A DNA stretch of 31,005 nt. Source: a virus. Its lineage: Duplodnaviria; Caudoviricetes. The position numbers and the translations under genes are program-made. The notes under the pieces are model-generated. The model made no database searches and was not told where the DNA came from. It worked only from the letters and a program-made list of their open reading frames with translations. The DNA lies in the IMG/VR virus record IMGVR_UViG_3300026546_000014, positions 1 through 31,005 of that record; one strand, 5' to 3'. Numbering within the stretch: the first letter of the stretch is position 1; each line of letters opens with the position of its first letter. Below, piece by piece: positions 7,938 through 15,651 of the stretch.

Positions 7938-8063
7938 ATGAAGAATGAAAAAAAAATTGTGGACATAATCCGTAAACCTACAGCACCACCATCAAAGCCA
8001 CACAAAGATAAGAAGAAATATTCCCGAAAAGAAAAACACAAAGAAAAAATTGATGAAAAATGA
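7938..8063 (+). CDS. Small basic protein (41 aa) with ArfA-like Y-x-R-K-x-K-H motif (not in ORF track)
   Basis: MKNEKKIVDIIRKPTAPPSKPHKDKKKYSRKEKHKEKIDEK; has its own promoter. Confidence 0.55.
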   Translation: MKNEKKIVDIIRKPTAPPSKPHKDKKKYSRKEKHKEKIDEK

Positions 8064-8086
8064 TGGTATTGATGACATTTTCTTGG

Positions 8087-8115
8087 TTTACATATTTGTT
8101 ATTTTTTGATATAAT
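8087..8115 (+). promoter_or_regulatory. Sigma70-type promoter
   Basis: TTTACA-17-TATAAT with extended TG. Confidence 0.75.
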
Positions 8116-8141
8116 CATTAAAAAATGAGGTGAATGGAGAT

Positions 8142-8414
8142 ATGAATAAAGAAGAATTGATTGAATATGTTGCTCAGGAATTGGGGCAATATAAAAAAAG
8201 TGTCAGGCCCGTGATCGAAAAGGTATTTGAAGGAATTGAAGTTGGTCTTCTTCGAGACGATGTTGTAAAAATTGTGGGGTTTGGTCATTTTATCGTTAAA
8301 GTACGAAATCCGAGAAAAGGTCGCAATCCAAAAACTGGTGAAGTGGTATATATTGGTACAAAAAATGTCCCCACATTCAAACCATCAGAAAAACTAAAAA
8401 AGGCAGTAAGATAA
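8142..8414 (+). CDS. hup: HU/IHF-family DNA-binding protein
   Basis: MNKEELI, IVGFGHF, RKGRNPKTGE, PTFKPSEKLK. Confidence 0.93.
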   Translation: MNKEELIEYVAQELGQYKKSVRPVIEKVFEGIEVGLLRDDVVKIVGFGHFIVKVRNPRKGRNPKTGEVVYIGTKNVPTFKPSEKLKKAVR

Positions 8415-8416
8415 TA

Positions 8417-9331
8417 ATGAATATTAATGAATTGTATGAGTTTAAGTATGCCCCAAATACATTCGATGAGATGATTTTATCGGATGATGTGAAGTCGAAG
8501 CTAAAAGTTGCACTAGAAGAACTCCCAAACATTATTTTATATGGACCTTCTGGTACTGGCAAAGGAACCTTTGTTGATGTCCTTAAAAAAACAAAAAATC
8601 CCGATATCCTGAAATTGAATTGTTCTGATGAAACAGGTATTGATTCCATTCGTGATAAAGTTAAATCTTTCGCCACAAGTGCTGGTTTTGGTGGTATCAA
8701 GATTGTATATCTCAATGAGGCCGATTATTTGTCAGTCAATGCTCAGGCCATGCTAAGAGATTTAATGGAATCCGTCCAATCTGTCACACGATTTATTTTT
8801 TGTTGTAATTATGTCCATAAAATTATTCCAGAATTGATGTCAAGATGTAGGGTTATTGAACTATCAAATCCCCCAGCAATTGATGTAGTTAAACGATGCT
8901 GGTCTATTCTTGAGAAAGAAGGAGTTAAATACGACAAAAAAGTTGTGATTGAATTGGTTAAATCTATATGGAAACAGAAACCAGATGTCAGAAAAACATT
9001 GGTGGTATTGAAAGAAAATGTCATCAATGGCGAATTAATCAATAACATTAAAATCACGGCATATGATGAAGTTTATGGTGAAATTCTTGAATCAATGAAA
9101 AAAGGTGATCCTGGAGAAGTAAGAACCATCCTAAAATCCCATCAAATTGATTATGCTGGTCTATATTCACATATCTATACATCACTTATGACAGATGATG
9201 TGGTATTTAAAAAAGATGGTGAGGCCATTCTATTATTGGGGGAACATGATTATAGAAACAATATTGTTGGGAATAAAGAAATTAATTTTATGACAATGTA
9301 CTTTAATATGGTGATGAAAGGTGTCGTATAA
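8417..9331 (+). CDS. Clamp loader AAA+ subunit (T4 gp44/RFC-like)
   Basis: KYAP..F, GPSGTGK, LNCSDETGID, AQAMLR, SRC arginine finger. Confidence 0.92.
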   Translation: MNINELYEFKYAPNTFDEMILSDDVKSKLKVALEELPNIILYGPSGTGKGTFVDVLKKTKNPDILKLNCSDETGIDSIRDKVKSFATSAGFGGIKIVYLNEADYLSVNAQAMLRDLMESVQSVTRFIFCCNYVHKIIPELMSRCRVIELSNPPAIDVVKRCWSILEKEGVKYDKKVVIELVKSIWKQKPDVRKTLVVLKENVINGELINNIKITAYDEVYGEILESMKKGDPGEVRTILKSHQIDYAGLYSHIYTSLMTDDVVFKKDGEAILLLGEHDYRNNIVGNKEINFMTMYFNMVMKGVV

Positions 9332-9630
9332 TGAAAAAAATATATAAATATAAATTGAAAATGACAGAGTTCCAAATTGTTGATTTGCCAGAGGATTCTG
9401 AAATTTTAAGTGTAATGTCCCAACCTCCATCCTATGGTGAAATGAATGATTCTTTGTATATGTGGGTTAAGTTGGATGATGAAAAACCACTTGCCCCACG
9501 ACGAATTAGAATATTTGGTACAGGACATGATATGGAATACCAACACGAATTAAGATTTATTGGGACTGTATCAATGAACCATAATTCTTTAATCTGGCAT
9601 GTCTTTGAAAATTATAAGGAGAACCAATGA
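9331..9630 (+). CDS. Conserved phage hypothetical protein
   Basis: IYKY...FGTGH...FIGTV...WHVFE pattern common in phages. Confidence 0.65.
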   Translation: MKKIYKYKLKMTEFQIVDLPEDSEILSVMSQPPSYGEMNDSLYMWVKLDDEKPLAPRRIRIFGTGHDMEYQHELRFIGTVSMNHNSLIWHVFENYKENQ

Positions 9631-9788
9631 ACAAGAAAAAAAATAAACCAGCCAAATTGACAATGGATGTCATTAAAAGCCTTCAAGATGCGATGAATGA
9701 TTGTATACGAAATACACCCAAGGAGAAGAAAAAAGGTGGCAAAAACAAAAAATCCAAAAAAGAAAAATCATCTAACAGAAGTTCTTAA
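9627..9788 (+). CDS. Small basic hypothetical protein (53 aa, not in ORF track)
   Basis: ATGA overlap and SD AAGGAG; fills the gap before the gp62-like gene. Confidence 0.4.
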   Translation: MNKKKNKPAKLTMDVIKSLQDAMNDCIRNTPKEKKKGGKNKKSKKEKSSNRSS

Positions 9789-10095
9789 TGCCATTACCCT
9801 AAAACAACCTTGTGAATATAAACCAAAAGAATTTTCAGCATTTGTTCTGTCGTTATTTCTTAGTGAAGATCCAAATATCATAAAATATGTTAATGAGATA
9901 AATAAATATCAATTTTCCTTGACAGATGAGATTGTTTTCAAGTATTATGTTGATGTAATTCCAAAAGGTAAAAGGTATCTCAAATTTACAAAGAAATCAA
10001 AAGAATCAAAAGATAAAGAAAAAATGATTGAAGAATTAACCAAAACATATGGTATCTCTAAAAGAGAGGCATCTATGTCTTTAATTGACAAATAA
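9736..10095 (+). CDS. Clamp loader small subunit (T4 gp62-like)
   Basis: LNAI...F...FLS...VNEIN...IPKGKRYLKF..K...YGISKREA pattern; near gp44 and gp45 homologues. Start codon uncertain. Confidence 0.75.
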   Translation: MAKTKNPKKKNHLTEVLNAITLKQPCEYKPKEFSAFVLSLFLSEDPNIIKYVNEINKYQFSLTDEIVFKYYVDVIPKGKRYLKFTKKSKESKDKEKMIEELTKTYGISKREASMSLIDK

Positions 10096-10625
10096 TGGCA
10101 AATTTCAATACAAATACAGAAAATAAAGATGAATGGTTAACACCTCCATTTATATTGGAATCATTAGGTGAATTTGATTTAGACCCTTGTGCACCAATTC
10201 CTGAAACAAGACCTTGGAATACAGCAAAAAATCATTATTCTATACTTGATAACGGATTACAACAAGAATGGTATGGTAGAGTTTGGTGTAATCCTCCGTA
10301 TGGAAAAGAGACTTTTAAATGGATTGAAAAACTATCAAATCACGGTAATGGTATTGGATTAATTTTTGCAAGAACAGAAACAAAAGGTTTTCACGAACAA
10401 ATATGGAATAAAGCCGATGCAATTTTCTTTTTTAAAGGAAGGTTGAAATTTCATCATATTTCTGGTAAAACAACAAATACGGCAAATGCACCGAGTTGTT
10501 TGATTATTTATGGTGAAAATAATATAGAATCTGTAAAAACAAGTGGTTTAAATGGTAAATTAGTAACATTAACCCCAAACAAAAAGGATCTGGAATGGAT
10601 ATCAAAGAAGAAATCAAATCAGTAA
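10095..10625 (+). CDS. Phage DNA N6-adenine methyltransferase (phage Dam family)
   Basis: DEWLTP, FDLDPCA, VWCNPPY, ARTET, GRLKF. Confidence 0.9.
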   Translation: MANFNTNTENKDEWLTPPFILESLGEFDLDPCAPIPETRPWNTAKNHYSILDNGLQQEWYGRVWCNPPYGKETFKWIEKLSNHGNGIGLIFARTETKGFHEQIWNKADAIFFFKGRLKFHHISGKTTNTANAPSCLIIYGENNIESVKTSGLNGKLVTLTPNKKDLEWISKKKSNQ

Positions 10626-10861
10626 AAAAGTTGATCTACAAAGAAGAAATGATTAGTTTTGTCTTATCTATTTGTTTCGCAATGAATGTGGCATGTGTCG
10701 TTTGTCTTGAATTCACATTTTGGACAATAATTAATGCATTTTGTGCTGGTTTGATGTTAAGACGATTCAGGCCAACAGTAAAACAACAATTCATCCTTCA
10801 TTCGTATCTCAAAGAACTCAAAAAACATCTCAATAAAAAAGAATGGACAACTGAAAAATAA
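10595..10861 (+). CDS. Hypothetical membrane protein
   Basis: Two hydrophobic segments. Confidence 0.55.
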   Translation: MDIKEEIKSVKKLIYKEEMISFVLSICFAMNVACVVCLEFTFWTIINAFCAGLMLRRFRPTVKQQFILHSYLKELKKHLNKKEWTTEK

Positions 10862-10865
10862 TCGA

Positions 10866-10894
10866 TTTACATATGTGTATAATTATGGTATCAT
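10866..10894 (+). promoter_or_regulatory. Sigma70-type promoter
   Basis: TTTACA-17-TATCAT with extended TG. Confidence 0.65.
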
Positions 10895-10928
10895 TCTTCT
10901 ATAAAAAATATAGGGAGAATTAGTATAA

Positions 10929-11666
10929 ATGATTATTAATGTAAATCAATTACAAGAGGTTATCAAAAGGGCGACACTTAATTATGTCATCCCATCGGTA
11001 CAATTAAAAATTAATGATGATAGAATTTCCACTAAGATGAGAAGTGCTAACAACACTGTGGTGGTTTATCTTGACATTAAAAATGATGTTGTTACTGATG
11101 TTGTTGATGAAGTTGAATTAAATTTCGATGAACCAAATGTTAAAGTAAAACCATATCTTAATTTAATTGACAGTGAAACGGTTGATGCCACATTTTCTGA
11201 TGATAAATTGACACTAAAAGATGGTAAACATAAAACAAATCTTCATTTTTGTATGTCATCATTTGTCACCACTTTTACTGGACAAGAACCAAATATTCCA
11301 TCATTTTATGAATTGTCATTAACAGATGAAATTGGTGATATTTTTGACAAAATTCGTAAAGTTGCCGGTAAATTTGAAAAGGTATATTTCACGGTAAAGG
11401 ACAATAAGTTTATTGTTGAAACAACTGATAGAACCAATCGATTCTCAAATGGTATCAATTTTGAGTTGGGTGATATTGATTACGATGATGTTGATATCTG
11501 TTTCGATTTCAAAAACTTTAATGCTGTATTACAATGTATCTCTGAAAACTTGAATGATTTTAATGCAAAATTTACTTGGGTTTCTGAACAAAATGCTGGT
11601 ATGGTGTTATTTGAAAATAGTGATGGCAGTGAGAAATATTATTTATTATCAAAACTGGAAGATTAA
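10929..11666 (+). CDS. DNA polymerase sliding clamp (T4 gp45/PCNA-like)
   Basis: 245 aa, acidic, beta-rich two-domain pattern ending KYYL; adjacent to clamp loader genes. Confidence 0.7.
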   Translation: MIINVNQLQEVIKRATLNYVIPSVQLKINDDRISTKMRSANNTVVVYLDIKNDVVTDVVDEVELNFDEPNVKVKPYLNLIDSETVDATFSDDKLTLKDGKHKTNLHFCMSSFVTTFTGQEPNIPSFYELSLTDEIGDIFDKIRKVAGKFEKVYFTVKDNKFIVETTDRTNRFSNGINFELGDIDYDDVDICFDFKNFNAVLQCISENLNDFNAKFTWVSEQNAGMVLFENSDGSEKYYLLSKLED

Positions 11667-11681
11667 CTGAAAGGATTTGTT

Positions 11682-12146
11682 ATGGGATTTTTCAAAAATT
11701 TAAGTACAAAGATTGAAAATTGGTTGATGAAGGAAGAAATTGAGGCAATTCGGAAAAAAGATCAAGAAGCCGAAGAAATTATCAAAAATTTGTCCCCTGA
11801 TGAACTTAGAAAGATTGAAGAAATTAAGACCAAAATTGAAGAACAAACAAAATATGTCAATGAACAATTGGAGTTGATTATGAATGAGGATTTGTCAACC
11901 TCACCAACACAGTGTGATATTGATAGATATTTTGATTACCATATACAATATATCGATTTTATTAATTCCCATAAAGAAAATGGTAATATGTGGACGGTTA
12001 AACAACATCAAAAATACGAAAAATCAACATTTGATACCAATGGTAGGATTAATGGATGGGATTTTTTGAGGGAAAGTTGTGGTCTACCAAAAGGTGATAT
12101 TAAAAATAAAATGACAAATGAAGAAAATAATGGGTGGATGTCATAA
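11682..12146 (+). CDS. Hypothetical protein, N-terminal coiled coil
   Basis: SD AAGGA; E/K-rich helix. Confidence 0.6.
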   Translation: MGFFKNLSTKIENWLMKEEIEAIRKKDQEAEEIIKNLSPDELRKIEEIKTKIEEQTKYVNEQLELIMNEDLSTSPTQCDIDRYFDYHIQYIDFINSHKENGNMWTVKQHQKYEKSTFDTNGRINGWDFLRESCGLPKGDIKNKMTNEENNGWMS

Positions 12147-12151
12147 ATCAG

Positions 12152-12180
12152 TTGACATACACCATCAGGTTTGATATTAT
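12152..12180 (+). promoter_or_regulatory. Sigma70-type promoter P1 of Ubl gene
   Basis: TTGACA-17-TATTAT with extended TG. Confidence 0.8.
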
Positions 12181-12226
12181 CTTACCTGTCGTTAGGAAAC
12201 AAAAAAACAAATAACGAAAAAAAAGA

Positions 12227-12255
12227 TTGACAGGAAAATAAAAATTGATTATTAT
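12227..12255 (+). promoter_or_regulatory. Sigma70-type promoter P2 of Ubl gene with A-tract UP-like element
   Basis: TTGACA-17-TATTAT preceded by A-tracts. Confidence 0.8.
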
Positions 12256-12303
12256 ATAAATCATCAACGGGATTTATCCCATAACTAAAATAGGAGAAAT
12301 ATT

Positions 12304-12516
12304 ATGTCTGATGCAACTCTTACTATCAATGGTTCAACCTCTGTCGTAAACGAAGGTTCTAGTTTCAGTGAAGTAGTAATTAATGCGGCGAAAGATGCGG
12401 GTCTTGGTAAGTTTCGTGTAATCCTTAATGGGAGTGAAATTAACCCAGCGGATGCACCGAGTACATTCGAAAGCGGGATGGCACTTGAAATTCGTCCATA
12501 TGAAGTGGCTGGTTAA
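12304..12516 (+). CDS. Ubiquitin-like (beta-grasp) modifier protein
   Basis: 70 aa; beta-beta-alpha-beta pattern, FRVILNG, G.ALEIRP and C-terminal VAG; first gene of the E2/E1/JAB cluster. Confidence 0.82.
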   Translation: MSDATLTINGSTSVVNEGSSFSEVVINAAKDAGLGKFRVILNGSEINPADAPSTFESGMALEIRPYEVAG

Positions 12517-12537
12517 AAAACACCAGTAATTTCACTG

Positions 12538-12572
12538 ACATAGGGTTGGTAATAAATCAACCCTATGTTTTT
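12538..12572 (+). terminator. Rho-independent terminator after Ubl gene
   Basis: ACATAGGGTTG / CAACCCTATGT 11-bp stem followed by TTTT. Confidence 0.8.
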
Positions 12573-12573
12573 G

Positions 12574-12602
12574 TTGACACCACCCGAAATATGAAGTATT
12601 AT
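12574..12602 (+). promoter_or_regulatory. Sigma70-type promoter of E2-like gene
   Basis: TTGACA-17-TATTAT. Confidence 0.8.
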
Positions 12603-12640
12603 ATACCCATCTGATAACGATAAAACTGAAAGGAAGAAAA

Positions 12641-13525
12641 ATGGTCTGGGATGCCAATCTTGTAGAAGATATTAAAGAATCAATGGATAATGTTATGGAT
12701 AACATTAATATTGATGATATTAAATCCGAAGGTATGACAGTTCGTATCGGTGGTAGAGTGGTGAAACTTGAAATTACTGAGGAAACCATTCTTCCAGAAG
12801 ATGAGATTCGTGCGGAATATTCACGGAAATTAACCGAAAAACTTCAAACCATCAAAAGTGTTCTGAATGAAAAAATGTCAGAAATGGCATATATGGTAGA
12901 ACAAAACAAACAAGATTACGAAGAAAAAGAACGAGAATTACAACAAAGACTAACAGATAGTAATTTGATGCCAGATATCACTTACGAACAAGCAAAAAAT
13001 GGTCTTTCTGTTGTAAAAGGTTCGGTAGATCGTGATGATGAGCCAGATACATTAACTTGGTTGTATCAGGGTGTTTACTGGCCAAAGTTTGTTGATGGTA
13101 GACCAATCGAACCAAAATATGCAAAACGACTGATTTCACCAGTAACTATTGAAATTATTACTGTTAGTAATAGAATTACCAGTGTAATTGTTAGAAAAAC
13201 AATTGGTCTGGAAAAATTTGAACATTATCATTCAATGGGTCACAACTCTGATTGTTGGGGTGAATGGAAACATCGATCACATTGGACATCCTCAAATGAT
13301 ATTTTAGATGTTGCCAGAGAATCAATCGCGGTTCTAGATAATGTCAATTCCCGTTCTCCAGGAAACCAATCACCAAACGGACTTCCCCGATTGGCCACAT
13401 TACAACAACATTTGTTGGATAGGGAAGCGGCTCGTGATGTAGAATATACAGTATCACGGGCGGATGAACGGTCTGGTATCACAACTAGACCAGAAGTGGC
13501 ATCTGGTGGTGTTTGGTCTACCTGA
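12641..13525 (+). CDS. Prokaryotic E2/UBC-like conjugating protein with N-terminal coiled coil
   Basis: HYH-x7-CWG (Cys205, the only Cys in the protein) followed by a helix ending LDNVN..SP; sits between Ubl and E1. Confidence 0.68.
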   Translation: MVWDANLVEDIKESMDNVMDNINIDDIKSEGMTVRIGGRVVKLEITEETILPEDEIRAEYSRKLTEKLQTIKSVLNEKMSEMAYMVEQNKQDYEEKERELQQRLTDSNLMPDITYEQAKNGLSVVKGSVDRDDEPDTLTWLYQGVYWPKFVDGRPIEPKYAKRLISPVTIEIITVSNRITSVIVRKTIGLEKFEHYHSMGHNSDCWGEWKHRSHWTSSNDILDVARESIAVLDNVNSRSPGNQSPNGLPRLATLQQHLLDREAARDVEYTVSRADERSGITTRPEVASGGVWST

Positions 13526-13531
13526 TAAAAG

Positions 13532-13561
13532 GGGTTGTGTGGGGTAAAACTCACACAACCC
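13532..13561 (+). terminator. Stem-loop after E2-like gene (terminator or processing site)
   Basis: GGGTTGTGTG / CACACAACCC perfect 10-bp stem; weak U-tail. Confidence 0.55.
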
Positions 13562-13574
13562 TAATAGATTTAAA

Positions 13575-13603
13575 TTGACAATTCTATTTTTACAATATAT
13601 AAT
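13575..13603 (+). promoter_or_regulatory. Perfect-consensus sigma70 promoter of E1 gene
   Basis: TTGACA-17-TATAAT. Confidence 0.88.
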
Positions 13604-13633
13604 GTGATTATCTCTCATAGGAAAGGATTTATT

Positions 13634-14227
13634 ATGTCTGTTTATGACCGTCAAGAATTGATTGAAGGAATCAATACTGAATTGAAAGTATTGATTGTTG
13701 GTGCGGGTGGTATTGGTTTTCATGTATCAAAACTTCTCGCAATGTCAGGTATCAAAGAAATGTATGTTTTTGACCCTGATACACTCGAAGAATCAAATCT
13801 CAATCGTTTGGATGTAACTGTTGATTATATCGGGAAAAATAAGGCCGATATTGTCAAAACTATTGTGAAACAACTTCGACCTAATTCACGGGTCAAATCT
13901 TACCCATTTCCATTAAAAGATCATACTTTCCCAAAAGGTGTTGATTGGGTAATTGATTGTACCGATAACCATCAATCACAACTCGAAAACCAACGAATGG
14001 CGGATGAGAATGGTGCGAAATATGTAAAATCTGGATATGATGGTGAAAGAATGTCCATTAATGACCGTGTTGCCACTTGGGATGTTGGTGATACTCAAGA
14101 TGGGTATCGTGTGACACCATCTTGGGCGGTTCCTGCAATTATGGCGGCGGCTTTGGTTGTTGGAAAAGTAATGAAATATTCTGGTGGTGAGATGGGTTGC
14201 CATTTGAAAGATTTCTATTCGGTTTAA
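13634..14227 (+). CDS. ThiF/MoeB/E1-family adenylating enzyme (197 aa)
   Basis: YDRQ, IVGAGGIG, DPDTLEESNLNR, GKNKA, DWVIDCTDN; SD AAAGGA before ATG 13634. Confidence 0.93.
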   Translation: MSVYDRQELIEGINTELKVLIVGAGGIGFHVSKLLAMSGIKEMYVFDPDTLEESNLNRLDVTVDYIGKNKADIVKTIVKQLRPNSRVKSYPFPLKDHTFPKGVDWVIDCTDNHQSQLENQRMADENGAKYVKSGYDGERMSINDRVATWDVGDTQDGYRVTPSWAVPAIMAAALVVGKVMKYSGGEMGCHLKDFYSV

Positions 14228-14229
14228 TC

Positions 14230-14258
14230 TTGACAAAATACTAGGGTTGGTTTATACT
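14230..14258 (+). promoter_or_regulatory. Sigma70-type promoter of JAB gene, -10 embedded in an inverted repeat
   Basis: TTGACA-17-TATACT; TAGGGT...ACCCTA (14242-14265) spans the -10. Confidence 0.8.
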
Positions 14259-14294
14259 GACCCTATATTAAACACATAAAACAAAGGAATTATT

Positions 14295-15293
14295 ATGATT
14301 AAGAATCATCTAAAACCATTGACCGATGAAGAAATGGCGAATTTAATTGAAAAACACAACAAAGGCGGGGCTTTTGCAAAACGAATTTCCCAAAACTCTT
14401 GTTGGGATGCCGGAATTAAAATCCTACCAACTTGTGGTCATATGACAGTACCAAAGTATAATGTTGAATTTGAAGAACTTGCCGATGAAAAGATCAAGAA
14501 ACTTCAAGATTATTACCCAACTCTGGAATGGTTGGCATACCTTGAAGGTGAAGTTGACCACGAAAAACATAATGTACTTGTCACTGATATTGTTATTCCC
14601 GATTCACAAAATGTTACTGGAACGAATGTTTATAATGTAGAATATTCTTGGGGTGATGGTCGTAAAATTATTGGTGTAATTCATTCACATCATACAATGG
14701 GTGCATTTTTTAGTGGGACTGATGATGCATATATTAATCAAAACCACGATGTATCAATTGTAGTTTCAACCAATTCACGATCACCGATTAAAGGTCAAGT
14801 TCGTATGAAAACCCTTTGTGGTTCATATATTCTGGCAGAGGATTTGACATTTTCTGTAAAACGAAAAACTGTACTTGATGAAAAATCATTTGAAAAAGAG
14901 TTTACATCAAAAATTAACAATCACCCTAATGTACGGGTATCAAATACTATTAAACCACGGGGTGTAATTTTACTTAATTCAAGTTCAAACAATGAAGATG
15001 GTGGTTTTAACGGTTATCCACCAAAAGTAGAGGAAGAATATCGTTTAATCTTGTCGAATTATTACTCTGAGGAAGATGTCAATGAGTTTATCGAAAATGG
15101 TGAAGCGGAAGAAGAAGTTGAAATTCTTTTGTCCATTGAAAAAGATACTGAAATGATAATTGATGAACAAGAATGGAATTCCGATGATACGGAAGAATTT
15201 GATACTGTATCATATGGAACAGCGATATCATCTAATGATGGAGAAGTTTGGGATTTGACCGAAGATGATGTTATTAAAGAAGTATTAAATTAA
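14295..15293 (+). CDS. JAB/MPN+ (JAMM) metallo-isopeptidase with long acidic tail
   Basis: LEWLAYL Glu, then HSHHTMGAFFSGTD = HxH-x7-S-x2-D. Confidence 0.92.
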   Translation: MIKNHLKPLTDEEMANLIEKHNKGGAFAKRISQNSCWDAGIKILPTCGHMTVPKYNVEFEELADEKIKKLQDYYPTLEWLAYLEGEVDHEKHNVLVTDIVIPDSQNVTGTNVYNVEYSWGDGRKIIGVIHSHHTMGAFFSGTDDAYINQNHDVSIVVSTNSRSPIKGQVRMKTLCGSYILAEDLTFSVKRKTVLDEKSFEKEFTSKINNHPNVRVSNTIKPRGVILLNSSSNNEDGGFNGYPPKVEEEYRLILSNYYSEEDVNEFIENGEAEEEVEILLSIEKDTEMIIDEQEWNSDDTEEFDTVSYGTAISSNDGEVWDLTEDDVIKEVLN

Positions 15294-15322
15294 ACAAAAA
15301 AATAGTTCCTCCTATGAAATTA

Positions 15323-15359
15323 AGGGTGAATACTTAAATGGTATTCACCCTATTTTTTT
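15323..15359 (+). terminator. Rho-independent terminator closing the Ubl cassette
   Basis: AGGGTGAATAC / GTATTCACCCT stem followed by ATTTTTTT. Confidence 0.85.
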
Positions 15360-15366
15360 ATAAATA
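15359..15366 (+). promoter_or_regulatory. T4-type late promoter
   Basis: TATAAATA directly upstream of the lysis and putative virion genes. Confidence 0.75.
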
Positions 15367-15394
15367 AACATAATACAATAAACGGGGGAAGATT

Positions 15395-15640
15395 ATGGTG
15401 AAGAAATCCAATTTTTTTATATCATTAATATCAGAGAAGAATGAAAATGGGGAATATTCAAATATGTCAATCGGTCGAGTGGCATTTTGGATGACATTTG
15501 GATTGGCAATGTACAAATGGGCTGTAACTTCATCCGATATTACTGCGGCACATACTCAGATGTTATATATAACAGCAACCTATAATATCTTGAAAAAGAC
15601 TGTTTTATTTAATGGTGGGCAAATCACTCAGAAAAAATAG
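15395..15640 (+). CDS. Putative holin
   Basis: 81 aa, two moderately hydrophobic segments, immediately before the spanins. Confidence 0.5.
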   Translation: MVKKSNFFISLISEKNENGEYSNMSIGRVAFWMTFGLAMYKWAVTSSDITAAHTQMLYITATYNILKKTVLFNGGQITQKK

Positions 15641-15651
15641 GAGAATATAAT

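Noticed and set aside
9343-9350. TATAAATA late promoter
   Set aside because: Inside a CDS in a very AT-rich stretch, upstream of replication genes; likely chance.
11682-12146. Fifth member (E3 or substrate) of the Ubl cassette
   Set aside because: No RING or other motif, and it is separated from the Ubl by two promoters; needs co-occurrence data.
12304-14227. ThiS/ThiF or MoaD/MoeB sulfur-carrier pair for cofactor synthesis
   Set aside because: No thiamine, molybdopterin or tRNA-thiolation genes nearby; an E2-like gene and a JAB are interleaved; the Ubl ends AG rather than GG. Disfavoured, not excluded.
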